From contig CAVYES010000008.1 in NCBI GenBank assembly GCA_963767735.1, forward strand, positions 32,001 to 96,000: 64,000 nucleotides of DNA. Direction: 5' to 3'. The DNA is from Candidatus Bathyarchaeota archaeon (GTDB lineage: Archaea; Thermoproteota; Bathyarchaeia; Bathyarchaeales; Bathycorpusculaceae). Below are positions 51,487-61,823 of the stretch, in pieces. The notes below the pieces were generated by a model, which made no database searches, was not told where the DNA came from, and saw only the letters and a program-made list of their open reading frames with translations. How positions within the stretch are numbered: the first letter of the stretch is position 1; each line of letters starts with the position of its first letter. The position numbers were made by a program, and so were the translations under genes.

Positions 51487-53809
51487 GGCTCCAAATTGCC
51501 AAAGTGACACAAGCTACTGCAAATTCGGCTCTGAAACGCTCTTAAGACTTCTTCCAGTTTTTGAAGACCAAATTGAAGGTGTGATGAAAAGCGATGATAT
51601 CGAATACGTTCATAAAATGCGTGTCACCTCCCGCAGACTGAGAGCTGCACTTCCCCTATTCAGATTCTGCTTTCCTGGAAAAGAATTCAAGCAATGGGCA
51701 AGTCAATTGAAGAAAATCACACGTCTACTTGCCAACGCAAGAGACCTCGATGTTCAAATAGCGTTTATAGAGCAGTACACGAAAAAACTAAAGACCGCTG
51801 CGGAAAAAGCGTGTTTAGAAACATTGCTGAAAGATCAAAAAAACTGCAGAGAAAGCATTCAATTATCTGTTGTCAGCGGATTGCAGAAGCTAGAGGCATC
51901 AGGCGTTTTACAGAGGACTCGCGAGTTTTGTGAAGAAATCGTTGCTGAACAATCAAGCGCCCCTTTTGATTCCGATCAGGTGCTGGAAAAAGCTCATTGG
52001 CACATATCCTTTAGACTGGATGATTTCCTGTCGATGGAAAAATACGTTTACTTGGAAAACAAAAAACTAAAGCATCATCAAATGAGGATATACGCTAAGA
52101 AACTTCGCTATACCATGGAAGCGTTCGCGCCGCTATACAAAAACAAACTTGCAAAAGAGATTAAAACAATAACAGCTTTTCAAGATGTACTTGGAGAAAT
52201 GCACGACTGCGATGTCTGGGAAGAGTATATACCTAAATTCATCGACAAAACAAAAACCGAAATAAAATCCAAAGAAAACAAAAAAGAAGCCGCCTCAAAA
52301 TTTGAGAAGACACTTTTCAACCTCTTAGCTTACATAAAAGATCAAAGGAGAGACCATTATAATCAATTCGTTTGTCTTTGGAGTAAAAGTGAAAACGACG
52401 ACTTTTTTGTTAAACTTAGGAAGACAACCGACGGTGGATTAACTGTGACCAAAGCAAAAACAAAACAATCACTTGCAAATCCCGACGTTAAAATTGCTGT
52501 TTTGTCAGATGTTCATGCTAACCTGCATGCTTTGGAAAAAGTATTCGAAGATGCTGAAAGACGAGGTGTAGAAGTTTTTCTTAATGCAGGTGACTCGATA
52601 GGGTTCGGTCCGTACCCAAATGAAGTAATAGAGATGTTATGCGAAAAAAATGTGCTAGGCGTCGTGGGCAACTATGATTTAGAAGTAATTGAGGGCAAAG
52701 CTAAAGCTAAAGGCGAAAAAAAAATTGCCTGGGAATTTGCTAAGAAAGAGCTGGCCAAGTCATGCGAAAGTTATCTCTATTCTTTACCACACGAACTAAG
52801 ATTTGAAGTCGCAGGCAAAAAACTGTTTGTAACACATGGGAGTCCCAAATCAATTGAAGAGCACATTTACCATGACACGCCAGTTGAGCAGTTAACAGCT
52901 CTTGCTGACGCTGCCAAAGCTGATGTAATAATCGTTGGGCATTCACATGATCAATTTTTGAGGCAGGCAGGCAAATTTTGTTTCGTCAACCCTGGAAGTG
53001 TAGGGAGACCCGGAGATGGAAATCCTCAGACAGCTTATGCAATCTTGAGCTTCAACCCCTTCAATGTTAAGTTGATCCGATTAGATTACGAGGTCACGGT
53101 TGCTGCAGACGCCCTTAGAAAAAAGGCGTTGCCTGAAAGTTTCGCTCAAATGCTGCTTCGCGGCGTATCTCTCGAAGCCATAACCGAAGAGGATCACACC
53201 ATAGAAGACGCCATGGTTCAACACTGCAAAGAAACTTCGGAAGCCTCTCAAGAGATTTCGAAAACTTACTGGCAAGATACTGAACATTACATGCAGGTTA
53301 CCCGACTGGCTTTAGAGATCTTTGACGGATTAACCGATGCGCATCATTTGGGCAAGCGGGAACGATGCTGGCTTGAATGCGCCGCAATTTTGCATGACGC
53401 AGGCTTGTCAAAAAATAGAAAAAGTCACCATAAAGAATCAGCCAAGCTCATCCTAAACGATACACGGCTACCATTCACGTCTCAAGAAAGAAGGATAGTG
53501 GCAAGCATAGCCAGGTACCACCGCAAAGGTTTTCCCAAACCAAAACATTACAATCTCGCGACGTTGGACCCCTTAACCGTCAACAAAGTCAAAATTCTTG
53601 CAGGTATTCTCCGGGTGGCAGACGGTTTAGACTATACTCACCAATCAACCGTGAAAAGCTTAAACATCAGGTGGACCACCAAAAGAGTTATTGCTGAATA
53701 CATATCCGACTCGGAGTTGACTCTGGAAGAGCAGGCTTTTAATAAGAAGAAGGATTTGTTTGAAAAGGTCTTCGCTAGAAAAATGGTGTTAATATGGAAG
53801 CAACAGTGA
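51470..53809 (+). CDS. CHAD, calcineurin-like metallophosphoesterase and HD (Ppx C-terminal-like) fusion
   Basis: VHKMRVTSRRLR, HQMRIYAKKLRY, QDVLGEMHD; SDVHAN, GD, GNYD, HGSP, GHSH, NPGSVG; LHDAG, ARYHR. Confidence 0.9.
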   Translation: MNVPIKAPNCQSDTSYCKFGSETLLRLLPVFEDQIEGVMKSDDIEYVHKMRVTSRRLRAALPLFRFCFPGKEFKQWASQLKKITRLLANARDLDVQIAFIEQYTKKLKTAAEKACLETLLKDQKNCRESIQLSVVSGLQKLEASGVLQRTREFCEEIVAEQSSAPFDSDQVLEKAHWHISFRLDDFLSMEKYVYLENKKLKHHQMRIYAKKLRYTMEAFAPLYKNKLAKEIKTITAFQDVLGEMHDCDVWEEYIPKFIDKTKTEIKSKENKKEAASKFEKTLFNLLAYIKDQRRDHYNQFVCLWSKSENDDFFVKLRKTTDGGLTVTKAKTKQSLANPDVKIAVLSDVHANLHALEKVFEDAERRGVEVFLNAGDSIGFGPYPNEVIEMLCEKNVLGVVGNYDLEVIEGKAKAKGEKKIAWEFAKKELAKSCESYLYSLPHELRFEVAGKKLFVTHGSPKSIEEHIYHDTPVEQLTALADAAKADVIIVGHSHDQFLRQAGKFCFVNPGSVGRPGDGNPQTAYAILSFNPFNVKLIRLDYEVTVAADALRKKALPESFAQMLLRGVSLEAITEEDHTIEDAMVQHCKETSEASQEISKTYWQDTEHYMQVTRLALEIFDGLTDAHHLGKRERCWLECAAILHDAGLSKNRKSHHKESAKLILNDTRLPFTSQERRIVASIARYHRKGFPKPKHYNLATLDPLTVNKVKILAGILRVADGLDYTHQSTVKSLNIRWTTKRVIAEYISDSELTLEEQAFNKKKDLFEKVFARKMVLIWKQQ

Positions 53810-55377
53810 AAACCGTTGGACACGTAGTTGGATTTGTGGACATCGGGACGAATGCTGTGCGTCTTTTAGTGGTGAGGATAAACCCCAATTTCTCCTACAC
53901 CATAGTCAGCCAAGAAAAAGAAGTTATCAGACTTGGCGAAGAAGAATTCAAAGACAGCATATTAAGGCCAGAAGCCATGGAACGCGCCATTTTTGTCTGC
54001 GGAAAATTCGCTGATCTCGCCAAAACTTACGGTGCCAATGAAATAATAGCTGTTGGAACCTCTGCTATTCGGGAAGCGCTAAACCAATCCGAGTTCCTTC
54101 ATAAACTTTTCAAAGAAACAGGACTCAAGGTACAGGTGATTTCGGGGCAAGACGAAGCCCGCTTGATTTGGCTGGGCGTTTCAAGCGGCATAGATATTGG
54201 CGAAGAAAAGGCTATTTTCCTAGATTTAGGCGGCGGCAGCACCGAAATTGCCATCGGAAACCAGCACGAATGCTTTTACGTGAACAGTCTTAAGTTAGGC
54301 GCGATTAGGCTAACAACTCAATTCGTCGGGGAAGGCTGGACTGGACCCATAACAAGCAATGACTATAGAGAGATGAAAAATTATGCTTCTAGCAAGGTTC
54401 ACGCCACTAAAACCAGAGTCCTCGAGTACGGAGTCAGACGGGCATGGGGTTCATCAGGCACAATCATAAACTTGGCTGAAATCGCGAACAAACTTTTCAA
54501 GAAAAACGGCAATGGAGGTGTTCTTACCATATCACGGAAGAACCTCAAAAAACTAGCACCAATTCTTTGCTCTCTCTCCCTCGAAGAAAGAAAAAAATTG
54601 CCCGCCATTAACCCCGACCGAGCCGATATCATAATTGCGGGAGCAGCAATAATTGAGGCAATCATGGAAGAGTTCGGTTTAGAAGAAATCTGTATCAGCC
54701 ATAGAGAACTGCGGGACGGCTTGCTAGTCGAATACTTGTCGAATTTTGAAGGCTTTCGAGAACTACAAAAGGAACCGATGAGAAACAGGAGCGTTTTGCA
54801 TTTAGGCAGGTCTTGCAACTTCGATGAGATACATTCGGAAACTGTAGCATCTTTAGCGTTGCAGCTGTTTGACAGCGCAAAACAAATTGGGCTGCACAAT
54901 TTGGGTATGACCGAGAGAGAACTCTTGAAACATGCTGCAACGCTACATGATGTCGGAGATTTTCTTTCGTTTAATAACCATCAACTTCATTCCCACTATA
55001 TTATTAGCAATGCTGAGCTTCTTGGTTTTGACCCGGCAGAAACGCAGATAATGGCTAACATTGCGCGTTTCCACAGGAAAAAGTTACCTTCCAAAAAAGC
55101 ATTGAAAATCACGGGATTAGACGAAAAAACCAATGACGCTATCGCTATTCTTTCAACGTTTCTTCGATTTGCAGAAAAGCTTGACCGCAGCCACTGTGGA
55201 CTTGTAAAGAAAGCAGAATTTGTCAAAGGCAATAAAGACCAAGTTCTGCTCTCGTTTTATTCAGACTCAGACTGCAGTCTTGAAGAATGGAGCATTATCC
55301 AAAATCGGCAAGCGTTCTATGAAGCCTTCGAAAAAGAGCTCGACGCTAAATGCACGATTACACAAGCTACGCAATAG
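53794..55377 (+). CDS. ppx: Exopolyphosphatase / Ppx-GppA phosphatase
   Basis: DIGTNAVRL, TSAIREALN, DLGGGSTE, RADII, LRDG, LHDVG. Confidence 0.95.
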   Translation: MEATVKTVGHVVGFVDIGTNAVRLLVVRINPNFSYTIVSQEKEVIRLGEEEFKDSILRPEAMERAIFVCGKFADLAKTYGANEIIAVGTSAIREALNQSEFLHKLFKETGLKVQVISGQDEARLIWLGVSSGIDIGEEKAIFLDLGGGSTEIAIGNQHECFYVNSLKLGAIRLTTQFVGEGWTGPITSNDYREMKNYASSKVHATKTRVLEYGVRRAWGSSGTIINLAEIANKLFKKNGNGGVLTISRKNLKKLAPILCSLSLEERKKLPAINPDRADIIIAGAAIIEAIMEEFGLEEICISHRELRDGLLVEYLSNFEGFRELQKEPMRNRSVLHLGRSCNFDEIHSETVASLALQLFDSAKQIGLHNLGMTERELLKHAATLHDVGDFLSFNNHQLHSHYIISNAELLGFDPAETQIMANIARFHRKKLPSKKALKITGLDEKTNDAIAILSTFLRFAEKLDRSHCGLVKKAEFVKGNKDQVLLSFYSDSDCSLEEWSIIQNRQAFYEAFEKELDAKCTITQATQ

Positions 55378-55407
55378 GCGCAGGCTCAAAACTTTCGGTT
55401 TTATAGT

Positions 55408-56310
55408 TTATTCTTTTTCAAGCTCAGCTTTTGCCTTTTCCAAAGCGTCCTTTTGCTCTTTGCTTAAGGCGGGATATTTTAAATTCAGTTTTTTGATTTC
55501 TGACACTATAATCTCAGATATTGATGCATGGGTAACCCATTTTTTATTTGCAGGGATAATATACCATGGTGCCCACTTAGTGCTTGTTTCATTAACCATA
55601 TCTTCATATGCATCCATGTAATCAGCCCATTTTGAACGTTCTGAGAGGTCGGTAGCTGAAAATTTCCAATTTTTTTTAGGATCTTCTAGCCGTTTGAGGA
55701 AACGCTGTTTTTGTTCCTCCTTCGAAACGTGGAGGAAGAATTTCAGCACCACCGTTCCGCTACGAACCAAGTGCTGCTCAAACATGTTTATGTCTTCATA
55801 CCGTTGATCCCAGAATAGTTTTCCTTCCGCGTCAGAAGGTAACCGTTCTTTTTCCAAATCCTCGGGGCGCACCTTAACAATCAGCACATCTTCGTAATAT
55901 GAACGGTTGAAAATTCCAATGCTTCCCTTTTCCGGAAGAGCTTTAACGTTGCGCCATAAGAAATCATGGTTCAGTTCCTCTTCAGAAGGCGTTTTGAAAG
56001 CAGTAACTTGGCAACCTTGAGGATTCACCCCAGACAGCACATGTTTGATAGCGCTGTCTTTTCCAGCTGCATCCATCCCTTGGAGAATAATCAGTATAGA
56101 ATAAGTGTGGCTTGCCCAAAATAACTCCTGCATCTCAACCAGTTTCAGCGTGTTCGCCTCAAGAATAGCTAAGGTCTGCTCTTTTCCCTCTTTTTTCCCT
56201 TCTTCATCGTCCTTTTTCTTGGCCCATTTTGGAACCCAACCTGGATCAAAATCCTTCAAACTAGTCTTTTTACCAGGCGGCACCTTGAAATCTTCTGAGT
56301 TCACCGACAC
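55408..56310 (-). CDS. ppk2: Polyphosphate kinase 2 family protein
   Basis: QGMDAAGKD, FKTPS..EL.HDFLWR, FNRSYYEDVL, KNWKFS..D, APWYIIPA. Confidence 0.95.
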   Translation of the reverse strand: MSVNSEDFKVPPGKKTSLKDFDPGWVPKWAKKKDDEEGKKEGKEQTLAILEANTLKLVEMQELFWASHTYSILIILQGMDAAGKDSAIKHVLSGVNPQGCQVTAFKTPSEEELNHDFLWRNVKALPEKGSIGIFNRSYYEDVLIVKVRPEDLEKERLPSDAEGKLFWDQRYEDINMFEQHLVRSGTVVLKFFLHVSKEEQKQRFLKRLEDPKKNWKFSATDLSERSKWADYMDAYEDMVNETSTKWAPWYIIPANKKWVTHASISEIIVSEIKKLNLKYPALSKEQKDALEKAKAELEKE

Positions 56311-56522
56311 CTAAAACAGCCTCATTAAGAATAAAGATTAAGCCACTTAATAATAGCTACCCATTCAACGAAGAGCACGCAATGAGATAACTGATCAAAA
56401 AAATTGCCAAGAGTGCTATGTGATTGCAAACATCAAAATAAGGAGATATTAAAAAACTCTTTTTGAACGATAGGTTCAGTAATAAAAGAAAAAAGGAGAA
56501 AAGAAGATATCTGTGTTCTTTT

Positions 56523-57149
56523 CTAAGTTTTCATTTCGGTATCTGGAGTCTTGGCCATTCCAGACGCTTCTGCCGCATGTTCCTCTTTGCTCGGCATCTC
56601 CGTTTTTGCTGATGCTTCCGCCTTTGCGGGTTTCTTTGTGGAAGCGGTTTTTGGCTTTGGACCGGGCTTTGTTACTTGACTGAGCATAGCTTTTGTAGGA
56701 GCGACCTTGGTCTTTAGAGCTGGAGCTTTCTTGGTTTTAAAAGCGGGAGCTTCTTTTGGTTTAATGTTAATTTTCTTTTTGGCGTTCCAGGCTGGGAACT
56801 CACCGTGTTCTTCTTTGAATTTGGCGAGCAATTCTTCCTGCATAATTCTTGGTTTGTCTGTTAAAATCCAGCTTATAGCAGCCTTTTCTATGTAGCCTTC
56901 GTCGAAAAGCATCTGGTTGATCTTCCTAACGCTTTTTCCTCCATATCCTGCTAAATATCCACCCAAGATCCTCTTGACGGGTTTTTTTGTTCGCCCAATG
57001 TATAAAATGTCAGATTCTGGTTTTCCTGAGAGTTCCTTATCCACTATTATGATGACGCTGCCCTTGTCTCCAGGCAAAATTGAGTGCGTTAGCGTTTTCA
57101 ATGGAAACCATTCGGCGAATCCTGTTTCGATTAAAGTTTTAGAATTCAT
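56523..57149 (-). CDS. GIY-YIG-like domain with Lys/Pro/Ala-rich tail
   Basis: ILYIGRT...KR, E.LL..F...HGEFPAWN; tail KTKKAPALKTKVAPTK. Confidence 0.6.
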   Translation of the reverse strand: MNSKTLIETGFAEWFPLKTLTHSILPGDKGSVIIIVDKELSGKPESDILYIGRTKKPVKRILGGYLAGYGGKSVRKINQMLFDEGYIEKAAISWILTDKPRIMQEELLAKFKEEHGEFPAWNAKKKINIKPKEAPAFKTKKAPALKTKVAPTKAMLSQVTKPGPKPKTASTKKPAKAEASAKTEMPSKEEHAAEASGMAKTPDTEMKT

Positions 57150-57340
57150 AATTCACTAAGAACTATTGAAGGATTTAACTATTTCTATCTCTTGAAATGA
57201 GCCAACTGTATAGGCACGGCGCCTTGACTTTACATTGTGATTTTTCAGCATGGTGGCAGCATTTTACCAAAGATTTAAGGGGACAAAAGAGAAAAAGAAT
57301 AAACTCGGAAACGTTGTTTATTCCATTCGAGGTCTATATT

Positions 57341-59755
57341 ATGAGCACCCGGTTTGACCCTAACAGCTCCACGACGAATTCTAGCTACTGCCGTTTTGGA
57401 GCCGAAGCTCTGCTGAAACTTCTTCAAACAATTGAAGCACAAATAGGTGGAGTTGAAAAAAGCGAAGACATAGAATATGTCCATAAAATGCGAGTCACCT
57501 CCCGTAGAATAAGAGCCACCGTACCACTTTTCCAGGATTGTTTTCCAAACAAACGCTACAAAAAATGGTTAAACGAAATCAAGAAGGTAACTCAATTCCT
57601 CGGCGCTGCCAGAGATCTGGACGTCCAGATTTCAGTTATAAAAGACTACATTAATCAGCTTCAACATTCCGAGCCCAAAACGGGAATAGAAGCTCTGCTT
57701 GAGCGGCATATTGAGCAAAGAACACAGCTTCAATCGAATGTAATCAATGGACTTCAGGAGCTTGAAGAGTCAAGAGTTTTGCAGCAAACAGCCTGTTACT
57801 GCGAACAAATCATCAAGGAAACAGCGGGCGCCTCCTTCGATTTGCTGGCTGTTCGCGAAAAAGCTTTCTGGCAAATATCCCCCAAACTGGACGAGTTTCT
57901 ATCCATGGAGGACTACGTCCATAAAGAAAACGAAATCCTCAAACACCATCAAATGCGGATTCGAGCCAAATGGCTCCGGTATACTATGGAGGCGTTTGCT
58001 CCGCTCTATCCAGATGAACTTTCGGAAGAAATAGAAATGATGAAGGATTTTCAGGATACGCTTGGCGAAATGCACGACTGCGATGTATGGATCGAGCGTA
58101 TCCCAAAATTCATTACGGAAATCGAAAACGAAAATGCAATGTTCCCAGAAAACGAAAAAGCGAGTACTGAGAGCCACCAAGATCTCCTCATCTTTCTAGA
58201 TCACATTAAAGAAAAAAGGAAAAACCACTATGAAAATTTCGTGAAGTTTTGGGATGAAAAGAAAGGCAAAAACGCTTTTGAGGAATTAAGGAAAAAGGCA
58301 AGTGCAGGATTCGTATCTGCAGCATATAGAGCAAAGGCAGAATTGGCAAATCCTTACGTGAAAATTGCGGTAATGGCAGATATTCACGGCAACCTGAATG
58401 CTCTTGAAGCAGTAATTCATGACGCGGAACGCCGAGGAATAACTGTTTTTCTAAACGCGGGTGACATAATAGGGTTCGGAGCTTTCCCCATCGAAGTTAT
58501 CCAAACGCTATACATGAAAAATACTCTGAGCATAATAGGAAACTTCGATCTTGAAGTCTTGAACACAGACAGCAAAGTGAAAGGTCCTAAAAAATTCGCG
58601 GTTGAGTACGCAAGAAAAACACTGACAAAGTCTTACGAAACCTATCTTCGCTTCTTGCCTGCCAAACTCGAACTTGAAATCGCTCACAAAAAACTGCTCA
58701 TGACTCACGGAACCCCCAACTCAGTCAACGAACACCTTTATCATGATACTCCAGAGGAGAAATTTCAAGAATTGGCCAAAAACGCTGCTGCAGACATAAT
58801 TGTTTTTGGTCATTCGCATGAACCATTCACAAAAAAAGCTGGCGGAGCCTTATTCATTAATCCGGGTAGCGTGGGGAGACCTGGAGACGGAAACTCTCAA
58901 GCCGCCTACGCAGTTATCTCGGCTAGCCCCTTTTCTGTTGAGTTGGTTAGGGTTAGTTATGACGTGGAGGCAGCGGCTGATGCTCTGAGAAGGGCGGGGG
59001 CTCCTGAAAGTTACTCTCAGATGCTACTTCGCGGGCTACCCCTTGAGGACTTAATCGCGGAAGATAAGGCTCGAGAGAACGATATGGAAAGAAAATGCGC
59101 TTTGGTGGCGAGAAGCACCCGAAGAGTCGCAAGAAAATATTGGCCAGACATGAAACATTCCGAGCAGGTTAGAAAACTGTCTCTGGAACTCTTTGACGCC
59201 TTGCAAGACCTGCATAAGCTCGGCAAGAGGGAACGCTGCTGGCTCGAATGCGCGGCGATTCTTCACGACATAGGCTTATCGCGAGGAACGAAAGCGCACC
59301 ATAAGGAAACGCTGAACCTGATCCTAAACGAGACGCAACTACCTTTCACTTCAGTTGAGCGGCGGGTCGTAGGGAACATAGCTCGGTATCACCGCAGAGG
59401 TTGCCCACAATATAAGCACTATAACTTCAAGTCATTGAACCCTGAATTAAGACGGAAAGTTACGATTTTAGTCGGCATTTTACGCTTAGCAGACGGTTTG
59501 GACTTCTCTCATCAATCTATAGTTCAAAGTGTGGAAGCCCACGTGGATCGCGAGAACGTGACCGTTCAAGGGTCGGTTCTTCTAAACCCAATCCTAGAAG
59601 AGTACGCGGTAAACAAGAAAAAAGATGTGTTCGAAAAATCTTTCAAAAAGAAAGTAGTGGTGACATGGAAACAGATCCAACCCATCCAGCAACAACCAAG
59701 TCAGCAACCACGTAACGGGACTCAACAGCCGACTGCACAGTCAACAGAAACGTAA
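57341..59755 (+). CDS. Second CHAD, metallophosphoesterase and HD fusion
   Basis: Same motifs as 51470-53809; start placed at ATG 57341. Confidence 0.9.
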   Translation: MSTRFDPNSSTTNSSYCRFGAEALLKLLQTIEAQIGGVEKSEDIEYVHKMRVTSRRIRATVPLFQDCFPNKRYKKWLNEIKKVTQFLGAARDLDVQISVIKDYINQLQHSEPKTGIEALLERHIEQRTQLQSNVINGLQELEESRVLQQTACYCEQIIKETAGASFDLLAVREKAFWQISPKLDEFLSMEDYVHKENEILKHHQMRIRAKWLRYTMEAFAPLYPDELSEEIEMMKDFQDTLGEMHDCDVWIERIPKFITEIENENAMFPENEKASTESHQDLLIFLDHIKEKRKNHYENFVKFWDEKKGKNAFEELRKKASAGFVSAAYRAKAELANPYVKIAVMADIHGNLNALEAVIHDAERRGITVFLNAGDIIGFGAFPIEVIQTLYMKNTLSIIGNFDLEVLNTDSKVKGPKKFAVEYARKTLTKSYETYLRFLPAKLELEIAHKKLLMTHGTPNSVNEHLYHDTPEEKFQELAKNAAADIIVFGHSHEPFTKKAGGALFINPGSVGRPGDGNSQAAYAVISASPFSVELVRVSYDVEAAADALRRAGAPESYSQMLLRGLPLEDLIAEDKARENDMERKCALVARSTRRVARKYWPDMKHSEQVRKLSLELFDALQDLHKLGKRERCWLECAAILHDIGLSRGTKAHHKETLNLILNETQLPFTSVERRVVGNIARYHRRGCPQYKHYNFKSLNPELRRKVTILVGILRLADGLDFSHQSIVQSVEAHVDRENVTVQGSVLLNPILEEYAVNKKKDVFEKSFKKKVVVTWKQIQPIQQQPSQQPRNGTQQPTAQSTET

Positions 59756-59921
59756 CCATAAAACCAAACCCCAAACAAGACACTGAAAAACAATACGCAA
59801 GGTATGCAACCTATCTCGAGCACAAAGTGTACGTTAAGTCTGCAATGAGTCAAGGAATCAGTGCCTTACAAACAAGTTTTTAGCTAAGAAAACAATTCTT
59901 ACTTATGAGGTTTTTTAAATT

Positions 59922-60416
59922 ATGACTAATGCAAACCAAATTGTTTGGCCCAGTCAATATGAACCTGCGAATTGTCCAGTTCATGCCCGAAATGAGCTTG
60001 CAATGGCTTCAGCCCCAGAAACGGTGTGGGCTTGGCTTATACGCGCGCAACTTTGGCCAACATGGTATTCTAACTCGGCAAACATTGTATTTTTGAGTGG
60101 TCAACCTCCAGAGCTCGCTTTTGGCACAAAGTTTCGCTGGAAAACCTTCGGCGTCACCATCGAATCAACAGTTCTTGAGTTTGTACCCCACGAAAGACTA
60201 GCTTGGGATGCGCACGGCACTGGTCTTAACGCTTACCACGCATGGCTCATCCAAAAAACAGACCAAGGTTGCAACGTCGTCACGGAGGAAACGGAAGGAG
60301 GCGGAATTGCAAGGCTGGGAAAAGCCCTCAGACCAAACCATATGGAGCAGCAACATCAAATCTGGCTTGAAGGGCTACGAGAAAAAGCTAGCCACGGTTT
60401 GCCACCTTCTCCATAG
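59922..60416 (+). CDS. SRPBCC/START-like (polyketide cyclase-type) protein
   Basis: PETVWAWL...WPTWY, GTKFRWKTFG, P.ERLAW, AYHAW. Confidence 0.85.
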   Translation: MTNANQIVWPSQYEPANCPVHARNELAMASAPETVWAWLIRAQLWPTWYSNSANIVFLSGQPPELAFGTKFRWKTFGVTIESTVLEFVPHERLAWDAHGTGLNAYHAWLIQKTDQGCNVVTEETEGGGIARLGKALRPNHMEQQHQIWLEGLREKASHGLPPSP

Positions 60417-60639
60417 GTGCAGCATTTTGTGATTGGATTTTGACTTCTTGTTTTTTTCCGCATTCAGGGCAAAATTTTGCCGTTACTGGAATTCTGGTGT
60501 TGCATCTGGGGCAGATTTTTAGCAAAATTGGTTGACGCAGATGGTAACCGCAGAAGTTGCAGTAGTTAGAGAAAGATGCAACTTGTGATCTGCAATTTGG
60601 GCAAATTATGTACTGGGAATAAGATGGAACAGGAACCAT
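60388..60639 (-). CDS. Double zinc-ribbon protein
   Basis: CPNC..CNFCG..CPRC..CPECG. Confidence 0.8.
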   Translation of the reverse strand: MVPVPSYSQYIICPNCRSQVASFSNYCNFCGYHLRQPILLKICPRCNTRIPVTAKFCPECGKKQEVKIQSQNAAPMEKVANRG

Positions 60640-60812
60640 AATAAAAGCTGAAAGCATGCTTGACACTAAAATTAATATGAAAGAACTTGCTCTTTTCTCT
60701 TTTGTGCCGAACCATTAGCTGTTTTTTAGCTCGCTTAAAACGAGGTTAAAACAAAACCCTTATGCGTTTGAACACAGTAATGAATATTAAATTAATTGTG
60801 AAAGCGAGGAAG

Positions 60813-61065
60813 ATGAACTTTTAGCCCCAAAAAAAGAGCTCCGAGAAATGCAAAAAACAAGCGCGGTAGAGGCATTGATTACCCATTTGAAATTGGAGAC
60901 GAATACGAAGTAGAAGTTGAAGATATGACTCCAAGAGGGGATGGAATCGCCAAAATCAAAGGATTCCCAGTTTTCATCTGCAACGCAAAACCTAAAGAAC
61001 ACTTAAAAATTAAAATAACAGAAATTGGCAGCGGCTGCGCAGACGCCGAAATAGTGCCATCCTAA
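60813..61065 (+). CDS. Single TRAM-domain RNA-binding protein; probable +1 frameshift in TTTT 60819-60822
   Basis: Manual translation YPFEIGDEYEVEVEDMTPRGDGIAKIKGFPVFICNAKPKEHLKIKITEIG; ATG 60813 is in frame after removing one T. Confidence 0.8.
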
Positions 61066-61126
61066 AACAATGACGACGGTTGGCAAACTTTACTTTTTTG
61101 AAGCCCAAAATGATTTTTGATTAAAA

Positions 61127-61153
61127 TGGTGCGGTCACCAGGTTGTAGACCTG
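61127..61153 (-). repeat. Degenerate copy of the tRNA-Gly 3' end (att-like)
   Basis: TGGTGCGGTCACCAGGTTGTAGACCTG versus tRNA antisense AGGTGCGGTCACCGGGATTTGAACCCG. Confidence 0.55.
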
Positions 61154-61435
61154 AAAAGGGTTCAAATCCAAATCAATTGACACGCTATTTCAGAAAAAAG
61201 TCGACCGTTTTTTGCAATGGCTGGCCTGCTTGGATGCGATTAAAAGTTTAAGCGAATCCTTATTAATTCTGGCGCGCTGGCTTGTCCCTAATTTACGTGT
61301 TTACGTAGGTTGGTGATTACGCACACGCTGAGAAATGACATCTGCTTTCGATGTTGCTGACAAATCACAATCACATTTGATTATAAGCTTGACTTGATTG
61401 AAAAATAAATAATAATCAAAAAAAAGCGCGCGTAA

Positions 61436-61789
61436 ATGGAGGTGATTTTGATGAGTGAAGATAAAAATGGAAAAGCGAAGATAACAATTGAAGTAGAGCT
61501 AAACGAAGCTTTAATGACTGCGACAAAAGAGTGGAGACCCAAGATGGGTTGGATGGGTCCCTGGAGGGGCCACGGTATGATGGGAGGACAAATGCCTTTG
61601 GGCTTGCCTTGGAGCTCTGGACCTGGAATGCAGTGCCCAGCGTGTGGCGAACCCATGGTTAAACCAAGCAAGGAGGAAGTTCTGGAGATGCTGCAGCACA
61701 GAAAAGAAAAGCTTGAGGCTGTTCTGGAACACATAAACATGGAAATCGACAAACTCAAAGAAACTAAGGAAGAAGCGAAAAAAGAATAA
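61436..61789 (+). CDS. Hypothetical protein, Gly/Met-rich with CPxCG and coiled-coil (DUF5320-like)
   Basis: GWMGPWRGHGMMGG, CPACG, KEEVLEML...LE...I..L. Confidence 0.7.
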   Translation: MEVILMSEDKNGKAKITIEVELNEALMTATKEWRPKMGWMGPWRGHGMMGGQMPLGLPWSSGPGMQCPACGEPMVKPSKEEVLEMLQHRKEKLEAVLEHINMEIDKLKETKEEAKKE

Positions 61790-61823
61790 ACTTCGCCAAA
61801 TGAAGCCTTAAGGGTTTAATTGC

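Noticed and set aside
57197-57340. Long N-terminal extensions in the ORF track (also metK, pstB, pstC, 29348, 46521, 28183)
   Set aside because: Downstream starts fit the family N-termini, signal peptides or RBS better
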